Positions 36,634-44,028 of a stretch of 64,000 nucleotides of DNA are shown here, in pieces. The notes beneath the pieces were generated by a model. That model saw nothing but the letters and a program-made list of their open reading frames with translations, was not told the origin of the DNA and did no database searches. Numbering within the stretch: position 1 is the first letter of the stretch; each line of letters begins with the position of its first letter. The translations under genes and the position numbers were made by a program. Source of the stretch: Steroidobacteraceae bacterium (GTDB lineage: Bacteria; Pseudomonadota; Gammaproteobacteria; Steroidobacterales; Steroidobacteraceae); assembly GCA_049579785.1 (NCBI GenBank), contig JBAUOO010000043.1:11335-75334 (forward strand). The letters are read 5' to 3'.

Positions 36634-37460
36634 GGCTCGACTCCCCGGGCCGCACTTCGTGTGATCCGCTCCACGTTCGGCGCCAGCGTCCCGGACCGCA
36701 GGCGCTCCCCGCCTCTCGTGAAGGCGCGATCGACGATGCAGCCGGCCAGCTTTCCGCGCCTCAGGATCAGGCGGCGTGCGACGCGCTGCACCACCATCCG
36801 GTCATCTTGCACGTCGAAGTTCACCAGCGACTCGCTGCCGTCCTCATTGAGCGCGAATACCGCCGGCAGCTCGGTGCGCGCGCCGAAGACCAGCGTCGTC
36901 TGCACGCCATCGTCCCAAGCCGCGGCGGGTTTCAAGGACGGATCGCCGCAGTACCAGTAGTCGTAGTTGCGTGGCCGAGTGGTCCGCGCCGCGGCGAGGT
37001 CCGTCTCGAGCTGTTGCCGCTTTCGCGATGCGGGCGTTGAGGCGACTGTCGGATACTCGAACCGCAGGGCGTAGATGACATCGGCACCGCTCGGATCGGG
37101 AGCGCGTGAGGCAACCTGGTAGTCGAAAAGATAGGTGCGGCGGCTGGTGAGCACGGTCAGATTGGTCGCAACATGAGCCGCCCTCGGCTTGAGGAACAGG
37201 TGATTGGCACTCGATGCGAACGCGACGCCTTTCGAATCACCTACTCCGAGGCCAACGAAGCGCTCTCCGGGAGCGAAGGTGATGTCGATCTGGTAGCCAA
37301 CGTAGCCTCTGAGTCGATACACGGCGTCCGTCCGGTACGGAACCACCCGGATGCGCGGATCAGGCCGCAACTGACCGAGCAATGGGGGCTCAGCGCCCGC
37401 CGAAGGCAGCGCGAGACACGCGATTGCGAGCAGGAGCAATGATGATGACCGACGCTTCAC
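36630..37460 (-). CDS. virB9: VirB9/TrbG family protein
   Basis: 276 aa, signal peptide, VirB9-like beta-rich sequence. Its stop overlaps the virB10 start (ATGA). Confidence 0.85.
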   Translation of the reverse strand: MKRRSSSLLLLAIACLALPSAGAEPPLLGQLRPDPRIRVVPYRTDAVYRLRGYVGYQIDITFAPGERFVGLGVGDSKGVAFASSANHLFLKPRAAHVATNLTVLTSRRTYLFDYQVASRAPDPSGADVIYALRFEYPTVASTPASRKRQQLETDLAAARTTRPRNYDYWYCGDPSLKPAAAWDDGVQTTLVFGARTELPAVFALNEDGSESLVNFDVQDDRMVVQRVARRLILRRGKLAGCIVDRAFTRGGERLRSGTLAPNVERITRSAARGVEP

Positions 37461-37484
37461 GAAAGCCCTCCTTGCGCCACCCCT

Positions 37485-38198
37485 TCAAGGGCGCGTCAGG
37501 TCCTGGCCAGAGCCCAACACCTCGGGCTCGATACCGAGATCGAGAACCTCGAAACCCAGAGGGTTCCAGGCGCGCGTGCGCGGGTCACCCGGCGGCCTCC
37601 CGTAACGGTACTCGATGCTGGCAATCCAGTGCGTGATCTGCCCCGGGGCGCCATCGCCCTCGCGTGCGATTCGCGCGAAGCGCACCTGCGCAAGGTCCGA
37701 GGCACCGCTCGCGCGCTTGAAGAAGCTCACCGACTCGATGCGGACCGCCTCGGTGCTGCCATCCTTGTGCACGTTGAGGGGGGAGCTCGGGTTGGCTCTG
37801 GTCCATCTTGCGTACAGCGCCTCATTGAGTCGCGCGGAGTTGAATGCGCCGCATTCCTCGTAATCGCTCTCCGCCATCGCGGAGTCGAAGCGCTCACACA
37901 CGGAAATGTAGTGCGTGAGGAAGTACCGAGTGACGGCTTCGCCGAGCGCGGCGTGTCCGGTGTACACCGGCACGACATCGACGACCCCCGTGCTGTTGTC
38001 GACCCGCACGAGAAAGGGCTCGACTCGTTTGAGCGGCATGAGCAACGCCAGCGCCGCGCCGCTCGTAATGGCACACAGCCATCCGGCGGCGGCGACTCCC
38101 CATGCGACTCTGCGCGCGCGCGCCGCCTGCGCCACCCGGTCGGCATCCCAGGAGGCGGCCTCCTCGAGATACCCGTGAAGCGCCCGATCCGCGCTCAT
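37485..38198 (-). CDS. virB8: VirB8 family protein
   Basis: 237 aa. Single TM after about 40 aa, and an NTF2-like periplasmic domain ending ...NPLGFEVLD. Confidence 0.85.
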   Translation of the reverse strand: MSADRALHGYLEEAASWDADRVAQAARARRVAWGVAAAGWLCAITSGAALALLMPLKRVEPFLVRVDNSTGVVDVVPVYTGHAALGEAVTRYFLTHYISVCERFDSAMAESDYEECGAFNSARLNEALYARWTRANPSSPLNVHKDGSTEAVRIESVSFFKRASGASDLAQVRFARIAREGDGAPGQITHWIASIEYRYGRPPGDPRTRAWNPLGFEVLDLGIEPEVLGSGQDLTRP

Positions 38199-38323
38199 GG
38201 CGGCGCCACCCTCGCCGGCGAGTGGCGATTGATGGGGGTCAGGCGGTCACGGCAGCGTGGCGGATGCGAGGCGCACGCCGCAGTCCCGAGCAGCAGGAGG
38301 AGACCAAGAATGCAGGCTTTCAC
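38195..38323 (-). CDS. virB7: VirB7-like small lipoprotein (42 aa, below the ORF-track threshold)
   Basis: Hand translation from GTG 38323: VKACILGLLLLLGTAACASHPPRCRDRLTPINRHSPARVAPP*. Lipobox-like LGTAAC. AGGGGG lies 5 nt upstream. Its TGA overlaps the virB8 ATG (ATGA). It occupies the canonical virB7 slot between virB6 and virB8. Confidence 0.5.
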   Translation of the reverse strand: MKACILGLLLLLGTAACASHPPRCRDRLTPINRHSPARVAPP

Positions 38324-38338
38324 GCGACCCCCTGACCC

Positions 38339-39268
38339 TCACCCGGTGAATCGCTGGCGGAACTTGCCGGCGATCAGAACCACATCCGCGCCCCTCTTCT
38401 CCTTCTCGCGTTGCGTCAGCCGGGAGCCCACCCATCTCATGCTCCGACTGAGAGCGCCGAAGGTGCTGAGAGACACACCGCCCGCAAGCCCGGCCGCGAT
38501 CGGCATGACCTGCCGCATGAAGAGAAATACCAGCCCGGTCACCAGCAGCATGTTGAGCGCGTCGACGATCTTCAACCCCGCGCCCAATGCGGCGGTCTGT
38601 TGCGCATACGAAGCCACCAGGTGAAGCAGCAGCGCCGCCACCATCACCGTCAGGATGGTGATGAGCGCGTAGTTGGCGAGCTGCGCGAGCCACACTTCGA
38701 AGAATCGACGTGTCGTGTCGAAGAGCAGCAATGCGATGAAGAACGGTCCCAGGGCCAAAAGTACCGACAGGGCGATGCTCGATAGGGCCAGCAGGAACAT
38801 CGTGTAGATGCAGAGCAGCCCGACGAGCAGCCAGACGACGACCCCCGCCAGCATGTACCCCAGATGGCCGACGTTGAAGCCGCTGCCGTCGCGATACAGC
38901 TGGTCCGCGACCACCCCGCCCTGGTCCCAGATCGAATCGATGATCTGCACCGGGTCGGAAGCCCCTACCACCGCGGCGGCGAATTCCGTCGGCGCGTCAT
39001 AGAAGGTATCGACGAGGAGCGTGTTGTAGAGCCAGAGGTGCAGTCCCACGCCGAAGATCACCGCCAGCGTCACGATGCGTCTCACACCGGCGGCGAAGGG
39101 CTCCTCGATTCGACCCGTGAGTTGCAGATAGCCCCAGATCATGACGTACACGGTGCCGAGCGCGACGACCGCCGGCTCGAGAATCGAGGCCACCCGAGCG
39201 GTGTTCTCGCCGATGTAGCTGCCGAGCTCACCGTTGAGCCACGACCAGAACGTGCCGAAGAAGTCCAT
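38339..39268 (-). CDS. virB6: VirB6/TrbL family inner-membrane protein
   Basis: Internal ATG (MDFFGTFWSWLNGELG...). Polytopic membrane protein of about 309 aa in the virB6 position. Confidence 0.8.
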   Translation of the reverse strand: MDFFGTFWSWLNGELGSYIGENTARVASILEPAVVALGTVYVMIWGYLQLTGRIEEPFAAGVRRIVTLAVIFGVGLHLWLYNTLLVDTFYDAPTEFAAAVVGASDPVQIIDSIWDQGGVVADQLYRDGSGFNVGHLGYMLAGVVVWLLVGLLCIYTMFLLALSSIALSVLLALGPFFIALLLFDTTRRFFEVWLAQLANYALITILTVMVAALLLHLVASYAQQTAALGAGLKIVDALNMLLVTGLVFLFMRQVMPIAAGLAGGVSLSTFGALSRSMRWVGSRLTQREKEKRGADVVLIAGKFRQRFTG

Positions 39269-39284
39269 GACGGAGCGGCCTCGA

Positions 39285-39995
39285 TCAGGGCGTCGGCTGG
39301 AAGCGCGTGGCGAATTCGCCCTGACCGGCGATCGCGCGCTCGCGGTCCTGCTCCTCGTCGGCCCAGCGCTGCGCCTGAGCGGCGGCAACCAGCATGGCGA
39401 GCTTCGTCCGCTCGTTCTCGAGCATCGCCTGCTCGGCGCTGATCCGGGCGTTGAGATCGAGAATCCCCTTCTGGTCGCTCGCCGTGCCGATGGCTTCGAT
39501 GAGCTGCTGCAGATCGTCGAAGCGGCCGCTGGAATTGGCCAGCGCCTGACGCGAGACGGCCTGTAACAGGGCGGTGGTGCGCCGATCGGCCGCGAGCTGC
39601 TGCTGGCCGTCCGGAGAGAGCGTCGCGACCTGCTGCGGGGTGAGCACCGTGTCTTCCGTCATCGCCTGCTGGATGCCCGTCGAGAGCGCCGTGTATGCGG
39701 AGCTTGTGTCATCGAGAGCGGCCGTGAGCTGCTGCCAATCCGTAGGCAGGTAATTTCGGTTCGTACCCGAGAGCAGTCGCTCCATGCCGCGATCGCCGGT
39801 CATCGATTGCAATTGCGCCTGCGCCTCCGCGAGGTGCTCGCGCGCGACGGTGAGCGCCTGCTCGAGGTTCTGCACCTCGGTCAAGAGCTGGGTTACCGCG
39901 GCGAGGTCGATCACCGCGAGTTGCGCGTGGGCGGCCGGAGCCATCACCACGAGGGCAAGAACGATCGTCGGCAGCCGCTTGCTGATCAATGACAT
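39285..39995 (-). CDS. virB5: VirB5/TrbJ-like minor pilus/adhesin component
   Basis: 236 aa. Signal peptide (...MAPAAHA/QL), helical coiled sequence, and the virB5 position. Confidence 0.7.
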   Translation of the reverse strand: MSLISKRLPTIVLALVVMAPAAHAQLAVIDLAAVTQLLTEVQNLEQALTVAREHLAEAQAQLQSMTGDRGMERLLSGTNRNYLPTDWQQLTAALDDTSSAYTALSTGIQQAMTEDTVLTPQQVATLSPDGQQQLAADRRTTALLQAVSRQALANSSGRFDDLQQLIEAIGTASDQKGILDLNARISAEQAMLENERTKLAMLVAAAQAQRWADEEQDRERAIAGQGEFATRFQPTP

Positions 39996-40011
39996 GACAC
40001 TCTCCTTCTGC

Positions 40012-42375
40012 TCAATGGATGCTCGCGCGCGCCGACAACACTTGGAGTTCCGCCTCCAGACCCTGCAGATCCAGCCTGCAGACCACGCTCTGGTGCCCTT
40101 GCTTGACGAGGAAGGCGCGAGCGCCCGGCTCGAGCTCCTCTTTGACGAGCGCGAGCTCGCGTCGGGTCAGACCGAAGGCTCCCGTGTATTCCGCGGGCGC
40201 GGCGTCCGCGTTGGGAAAAAAGATCTTCGTCGGCGTCTGCTCGATGATGGTGCGGCTGATCGGACTTTCGAGGACATCGCTCGCGCTCTGGGTCGCCAGG
40301 CACATCACACCATTGAGCTTCCGCCAGGTCTTCGGGCCGTCCTTGGCGAAGCTCTCGAACGCGGGATCTGCGAGCAGCCGCCAGAATTCATCCATCCAGC
40401 ACACGAGCCGGCGGCCATCGAGCATTTGTCGCACGAGATGAAAGAGATACATCGTGACGGGTGCCCGAGTGCTGTCGTTGTCGAGAAACTCCGTCACGTC
40501 GAAGCCGATCACCGGCTGGCCGTCGAGGCGCCGGATCACCGTGTCCTCCACGTTGTCGAAAGCCCAGGCGTAAGCGCCTTCGCCGGCCTCGCACCAGCGG
40601 CCGAGGCGCCCATGCAAGCCCTCCGGATCGGTCGGGTCGAGAAACTCGAGCAGACGCGACAGCCGCCTCGCTGCCGGCGCGAGCGACAAAACCCCGCGCA
40701 AGGCCTGATCGAGATCGAGCTGCTCGCGCACATTGAGGGCGCGCGCGGCGGGAGCACGTGCCAACAGCTGCAACCAGCTGCGCAGAAACTCCAGATGCCC
40801 GGGGCCGGACGGCAACTGCAGTGGATTGAACCCGGTGGGACGCCCGTTGCGCAACGTGAGGTACTCCCCGCCGAGGGCCCGCACCAGGCGCTCGAGTCCG
40901 CGATCCTTATCGAGCACGACCTGAGTGGCGCCCTGGCGCGCAAGCATGGCCACGAGAAAGCCAATCAAAACGGTCTTGCCCGATCCCGTCGGACCGCAGA
41001 TGAAGGTATGACCGGCATCCCGGCGGCTGCTGCCATCGGAGGGATCGCTCGCGTGCAGCGAGAAGTAGTACGGGGAATGTGCCCGCGTCGGGAAGAGCGC
41101 GAGCGCCTCGCCCCAGTGGTTGTCCCGCGCGCGTCCCGCCGGAAAGTTGTGAAAAGGCGCCATGGCCGCGAAGTTGCGCGAAGTGATCGGGGCCTTGCGG
41201 GACCGCAGCGAGAAATTCCCGGGCAGCTGGGCCCAGAATGCCGCCTCGAGCGCGAGGTCTTCGCGCGCGACGGTCATGCCGGTGTCGGCAAGGATGGCGC
41301 GCGCCTGCGCGACGCAGTCATTGAGGGTGCGAAGTCGTTCTTCGGCGGGACGGCCTTGCGGGACCTCGTCGGGATCGGCGAGCACCTGGAGCGTGAAATG
41401 ATGATCTCCCATGACGAACTCATTGCTCGTCAAGGCATCCAGCGCTTCGCCCAGCTCCTCGGCCTGGGAGACCGCGAAATCGCCGGCGTTGGCCATCCGA
41501 TTGATCTGGCGTGTGAGCAAGGCCTGTCCGCTGGCCTTCGACAGAAATGCGAAGGACTGGGTGAGGACGAAAGCGAACGGCGCGCGCAGCAACCGATCGA
41601 ACATGCCGGTGACGCTCGGCGTCGGATACTCCTTGATTCCGAGCATCGCCCCGACCCGGGTACCCGTCATCATGCGGTACTCCAGGGCCTCGCCACCGAA
41701 GCAAAGCCGTGTGGCGGCGAGTGCCGCATTGAGCGGCGCACGCGGCAAAGGCATCGGCCGCCGCTCCGCGCTCACGAGCAGCGCGAGGTACTCGCAGATG
41801 GAGGAATACCAGCGACCCGCCGCCTCATAACAGCCGAGAGCTTCCGGCTCGTAACGCGCCAGCGAAGCACTCAGTGTCTGCGCGAGCTTGTGACACGCCT
41901 CGAGGGCATCGGCGATCTCCAGCCGGGAGGTCGCCGGCTTGAGGCGGGCGATCGCCCCCGAGAGCAGGCCCGCCGCCCGTCCCGCCATCGGCCGATAGAG
42001 CACGGCGAGGTAGATCTCGTTGACCATGAGAATCTCCCCCGCGAGCCGTCGCCGATACTTCTCGTGCAGGGTGGCTGCGAACCCCGTGGAGGTGTCGGCG
42101 CAAGGTGGCAGGCTTTCGCGACGACGTATGATGTGGGTCCAGAGCGCTATGCCCGGGGCGGCCACGTTGCGCCACAGGACATTCAGCTTCTCGTGCCAGA
42201 CATTGAGCTGCTCCGCATCGGCGCTCTCGAAGCTGGCCCCTCCGAGGCGAAACACCTGCAGATAATCCCCCAGAGCGGTCCGGACGACCTCCGGTGCCAC
42301 ATGTGCCGTATAGGGGATGTAGCGCTCCACCGCGAGCTCGCGTCCGACGGCGGCCCTACGCGCCGCGCTCAGCAC
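40012..42375 (-). CDS. virB4: VirB4 family type IV secretion ATPase
   Basis: Walker A GPTGSGKTV, Walker B CWMDEFW, and N-terminal ERYIPYTAHV. Start proposed at GTG 42375, which overlaps the virB3 stop as GTGcTGA. ATG 42444 is the alternative. Confidence 0.9.
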   Translation of the reverse strand: MLSAARRAAVGRELAVERYIPYTAHVAPEVVRTALGDYLQVFRLGGASFESADAEQLNVWHEKLNVLWRNVAAPGIALWTHIIRRRESLPPCADTSTGFAATLHEKYRRRLAGEILMVNEIYLAVLYRPMAGRAAGLLSGAIARLKPATSRLEIADALEACHKLAQTLSASLARYEPEALGCYEAAGRWYSSICEYLALLVSAERRPMPLPRAPLNAALAATRLCFGGEALEYRMMTGTRVGAMLGIKEYPTPSVTGMFDRLLRAPFAFVLTQSFAFLSKASGQALLTRQINRMANAGDFAVSQAEELGEALDALTSNEFVMGDHHFTLQVLADPDEVPQGRPAEERLRTLNDCVAQARAILADTGMTVAREDLALEAAFWAQLPGNFSLRSRKAPITSRNFAAMAPFHNFPAGRARDNHWGEALALFPTRAHSPYYFSLHASDPSDGSSRRDAGHTFICGPTGSGKTVLIGFLVAMLARQGATQVVLDKDRGLERLVRALGGEYLTLRNGRPTGFNPLQLPSGPGHLEFLRSWLQLLARAPAARALNVREQLDLDQALRGVLSLAPAARRLSRLLEFLDPTDPEGLHGRLGRWCEAGEGAYAWAFDNVEDTVIRRLDGQPVIGFDVTEFLDNDSTRAPVTMYLFHLVRQMLDGRRLVCWMDEFWRLLADPAFESFAKDGPKTWRKLNGVMCLATQSASDVLESPISRTIIEQTPTKIFFPNADAAPAEYTGAFGLTRRELALVKEELEPGARAFLVKQGHQSVVCRLDLQGLEAELQVLSARASIH

Positions 42376-42803
42376 GACTGCAAACTCCGCGGTCGGGGAT
42401 CGGCAATGACCACCGTGACCTCCCCCCGGCGCCTCGCCGACCATCGGGGCGGGTCGAGAACCAGAGGGCTGTAGCTGCTCGCCCGCCACCAACGTCCGTT
42501 GGCGAGCAGCGCCGGCAGCCTCGTCCGTCCCCAGAGGAGCAGCAGATCGAAATAACGTGCATCGCGCCCGCAGAGCAGCACGCTCGCGCCATGGATCGGC
42601 AGTGCGACGAGCAGCGTCAGCAGGTTTCTGGTGACGAGAAACGCCTCGAGCGTGAATATCAGGTTGAACAGCAGCGCCGAGTACGTGACGCCCCAGCGCA
42701 TCGGTGGTCGGGTCGCACCGACAAAAAGCGGATCGGCGGCGAGCGCCTCTGAGATCCGCCCTGCCAAATGCGAAGCGCCCCAGGAAACAGCTCCCTTGTC
42801 CAT
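42369..42803 (-). CDS. virB3: VirB3 family protein (with C-terminal extension)
   Basis: Internal ATG (MDKGAVSW...). ADPLFVGATRPPMRWGVTYSALLFNL plus two TM segments, and ...WWRASSYSP, where VirB3/TrbD proteins usually end. About 30 further residues follow. Confidence 0.75.
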   Translation of the reverse strand: MDKGAVSWGASHLAGRISEALAADPLFVGATRPPMRWGVTYSALLFNLIFTLEAFLVTRNLLTLLVALPIHGASVLLCGRDARYFDLLLLWGRTRLPALLANGRWWRASSYSPLVLDPPRWSARRRGEVTVVIADPRPRSLQSC

Positions 42804-42816
42804 CGCTGGTGCTCCC

Positions 42817-43140
42817 TCATACGCCAAACATGCCGCGCACCCACGAGACGATCTGCGGCGCGCCAAATGCGATCGCGATCCCCAAAATCGCCCCAACACA
42901 CCACCCCCACGAAATTCGATTTGCCATCGCCATGCCCCCGAGGACCATGACGAGGATGATGGCGATGGGTGTCAGCCAGGCGAGAATGTTGGTCTCAAGA
43001 GCGGTTGCGCCCGTGAGGAAGGGCGAAGTCTGGGAGAATGCCGGCTGCGGCAGGGCCAACGCCACGGCCAGTGTGAAGACGAGCGCGGTGCCGGCCGGCA
43101 GCGCCGCACGGATCAGGACTCGAGCAAATCGCAGCAACAT
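42817..43140 (-). CDS. virB2: VirB2/TrbC-type pilin precursor
   Basis: 107 aa. Long leader, a mature part with two hydrophobic helices, and position directly upstream of virB3. Confidence 0.75.
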   Translation of the reverse strand: MLLRFARVLIRAALPAGTALVFTLAVALALPQPAFSQTSPFLTGATALETNILAWLTPIAIILVMVLGGMAMANRISWGWCVGAILGIAIAFGAPQIVSWVRGMFGV

Positions 43141-43155
43141 GGTTCCTCTCCCTTT

Positions 43156-43554
43156 CTAAGCGCCCGCAACCAGCCGCTGCGACTCCTCGGGCCGCCGCCC
43201 CGCCGCGCGCTCCTCGCGCTTGCTCTTGCCCGGCGCGCCGAAGCGAAAGCCCTGCACGACGAAGTTGTAGTCGTAGTGCCGCTCGCCCTCCTTGTCGGTC
43301 CAGTTGTCCGCGCGGACCTGGCTCTCGACGATGAGCTGGTCGCCCTTGCGCGCGGTGCGTGCAATCGTCTCCCCGAGCGGACCGAATGCCGTGAACCAGA
43401 TGCTGGTGACGATCTCGCGGATCCCGCCGTCCTCGTCCTTGCCGGCGTAGTCGTTGCCGATCAGGCAGAACTTCGCATAGGTGAGCGTGCCGTTGACGGT
43501 GAGCTCGGGGTTGCGGGAGAGATTACCGACGGCGGTGAGCGTGAAGCTGTTCAT
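43156..43554 (-). CDS. ssb: Single-stranded DNA-binding protein (short, no acidic C-terminal tip)
   Basis: 132 aa. OB-fold-like N-terminus MNSFTLTAVGNLSRNPEL...WFTAFGPLGETIA...GDQLIVESQVRADNW. The C-terminus is basic (...RRPEESQRLVAGA) rather than D-D-D-I-P-F. Confidence 0.7.
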   Translation of the reverse strand: MNSFTLTAVGNLSRNPELTVNGTLTYAKFCLIGNDYAGKDEDGGIREIVTSIWFTAFGPLGETIARTARKGDQLIVESQVRADNWTDKEGERHYDYNFVVQGFRFGAPGKSKREERAAGRRPEESQRLVAGA

Positions 43555-43601
43555 GGCGCATTCCTGATGTTGGTCTCTTGCCGGATGAGGCGATGGAGAA
43601 C

Positions 43602-43630
43602 AGTCTAGGGACGAGCGCCTGGATTGCGAA
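43602..43630 (-). promoter_or_regulatory. Candidate sigma70-like promoter for the ssb-virB operon
   Basis: On the minus strand: TTCGCA (43630-43625), 17 nt, TAGACT (43607-43602), about 48 nt upstream of the ssb ATG. Each hexamer matches consensus at only 4 of 6 positions. Confidence 0.2.
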
Positions 43631-43751
43631 TCGCATTTGCCTGCGTGTTCGCGCAGTAATGCGCGCGATGCCCTCTGCCGAGGTCCCCGAGCCGCTGACG
43701 ACGCGCTATTCTGCAGTTGACAGGTGAGTCGTGTACGGCCGGGAGATCTCC

Positions 43752-44012
43752 ATGTCCCTGATTCGGGAGTCCGATGAGCACACCGCGGGCGATGAGGCGG
43801 TGATCGATGAGTGCATCGAGGAGCTGGACGAGCTCGTCATGAGCCTCGACCGCTATCCGCCAGCGGCCATCGCCGTGGCGATGGGCGCATGTCTCGGAGG
43901 CCTGCTCGGCGCGCTCCTCGACGAGCGCCTGTGCACGAGCGCGCAGGCTCGGGAGCTGCTGCGGGAGATCGAGTCGGGCGTCCTGGATGAGCCGATCCCG
44001 CGCAAGCGATGA
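43752..44012 (+). CDS. Small acidic hypothetical protein, divergent from the ssb-virB operon
   Basis: ATG preceded by GGGAGA. 86 aa: MSLIRESDEHTAGDEAVIDECIEELDELV..., with one hydrophobic segment. High GC3 in this frame. The overlapping minus-strand 189-aa ORF looks like shadow. Confidence 0.45.
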   Translation: MSLIRESDEHTAGDEAVIDECIEELDELVMSLDRYPPAAIAVAMGACLGGLLGALLDERLCTSAQARELLREIESGVLDEPIPRKR

Positions 44013-44028
44013 GCGCGCTCTGGCGGCA

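Larger units (their letters stand above)
28845..43554 (-). mobile_element. Conjugative-transfer module (MPF-T VirB-type T4SS, two coupling proteins, MOBQ relaxase). An ICE/IME remnant or a plasmid-derived block.
   Basis: 16 co-directional genes with gaps of 24 nt or less, or overlapping junctions. The relaxase plus T4SS gene set is diagnostic of conjugation machinery. True element ends are undefined, and no recombinase or att repeats were seen. Confidence 0.6.

Noticed and set aside
39784-42474. 896-aa plus-strand ORF antisense to virB5/virB4
   Set aside because: A shadow ORF opposite a gene with unambiguous VirB4 Walker motifs. Its composition is dominated by R, A, G and E, with no domain signature.
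43656-43676. RSF1010-type nick-site core (GTAAGTGCGCCCT) match
   Set aside because: It is not rejected as a hypothesis (see the finding on 43555-43751), but it is rejected as a feature call. The match is partial and gapped, it was recalled from memory, and its position relative to the hairpin differs from the R1162/RSF1010 layout.
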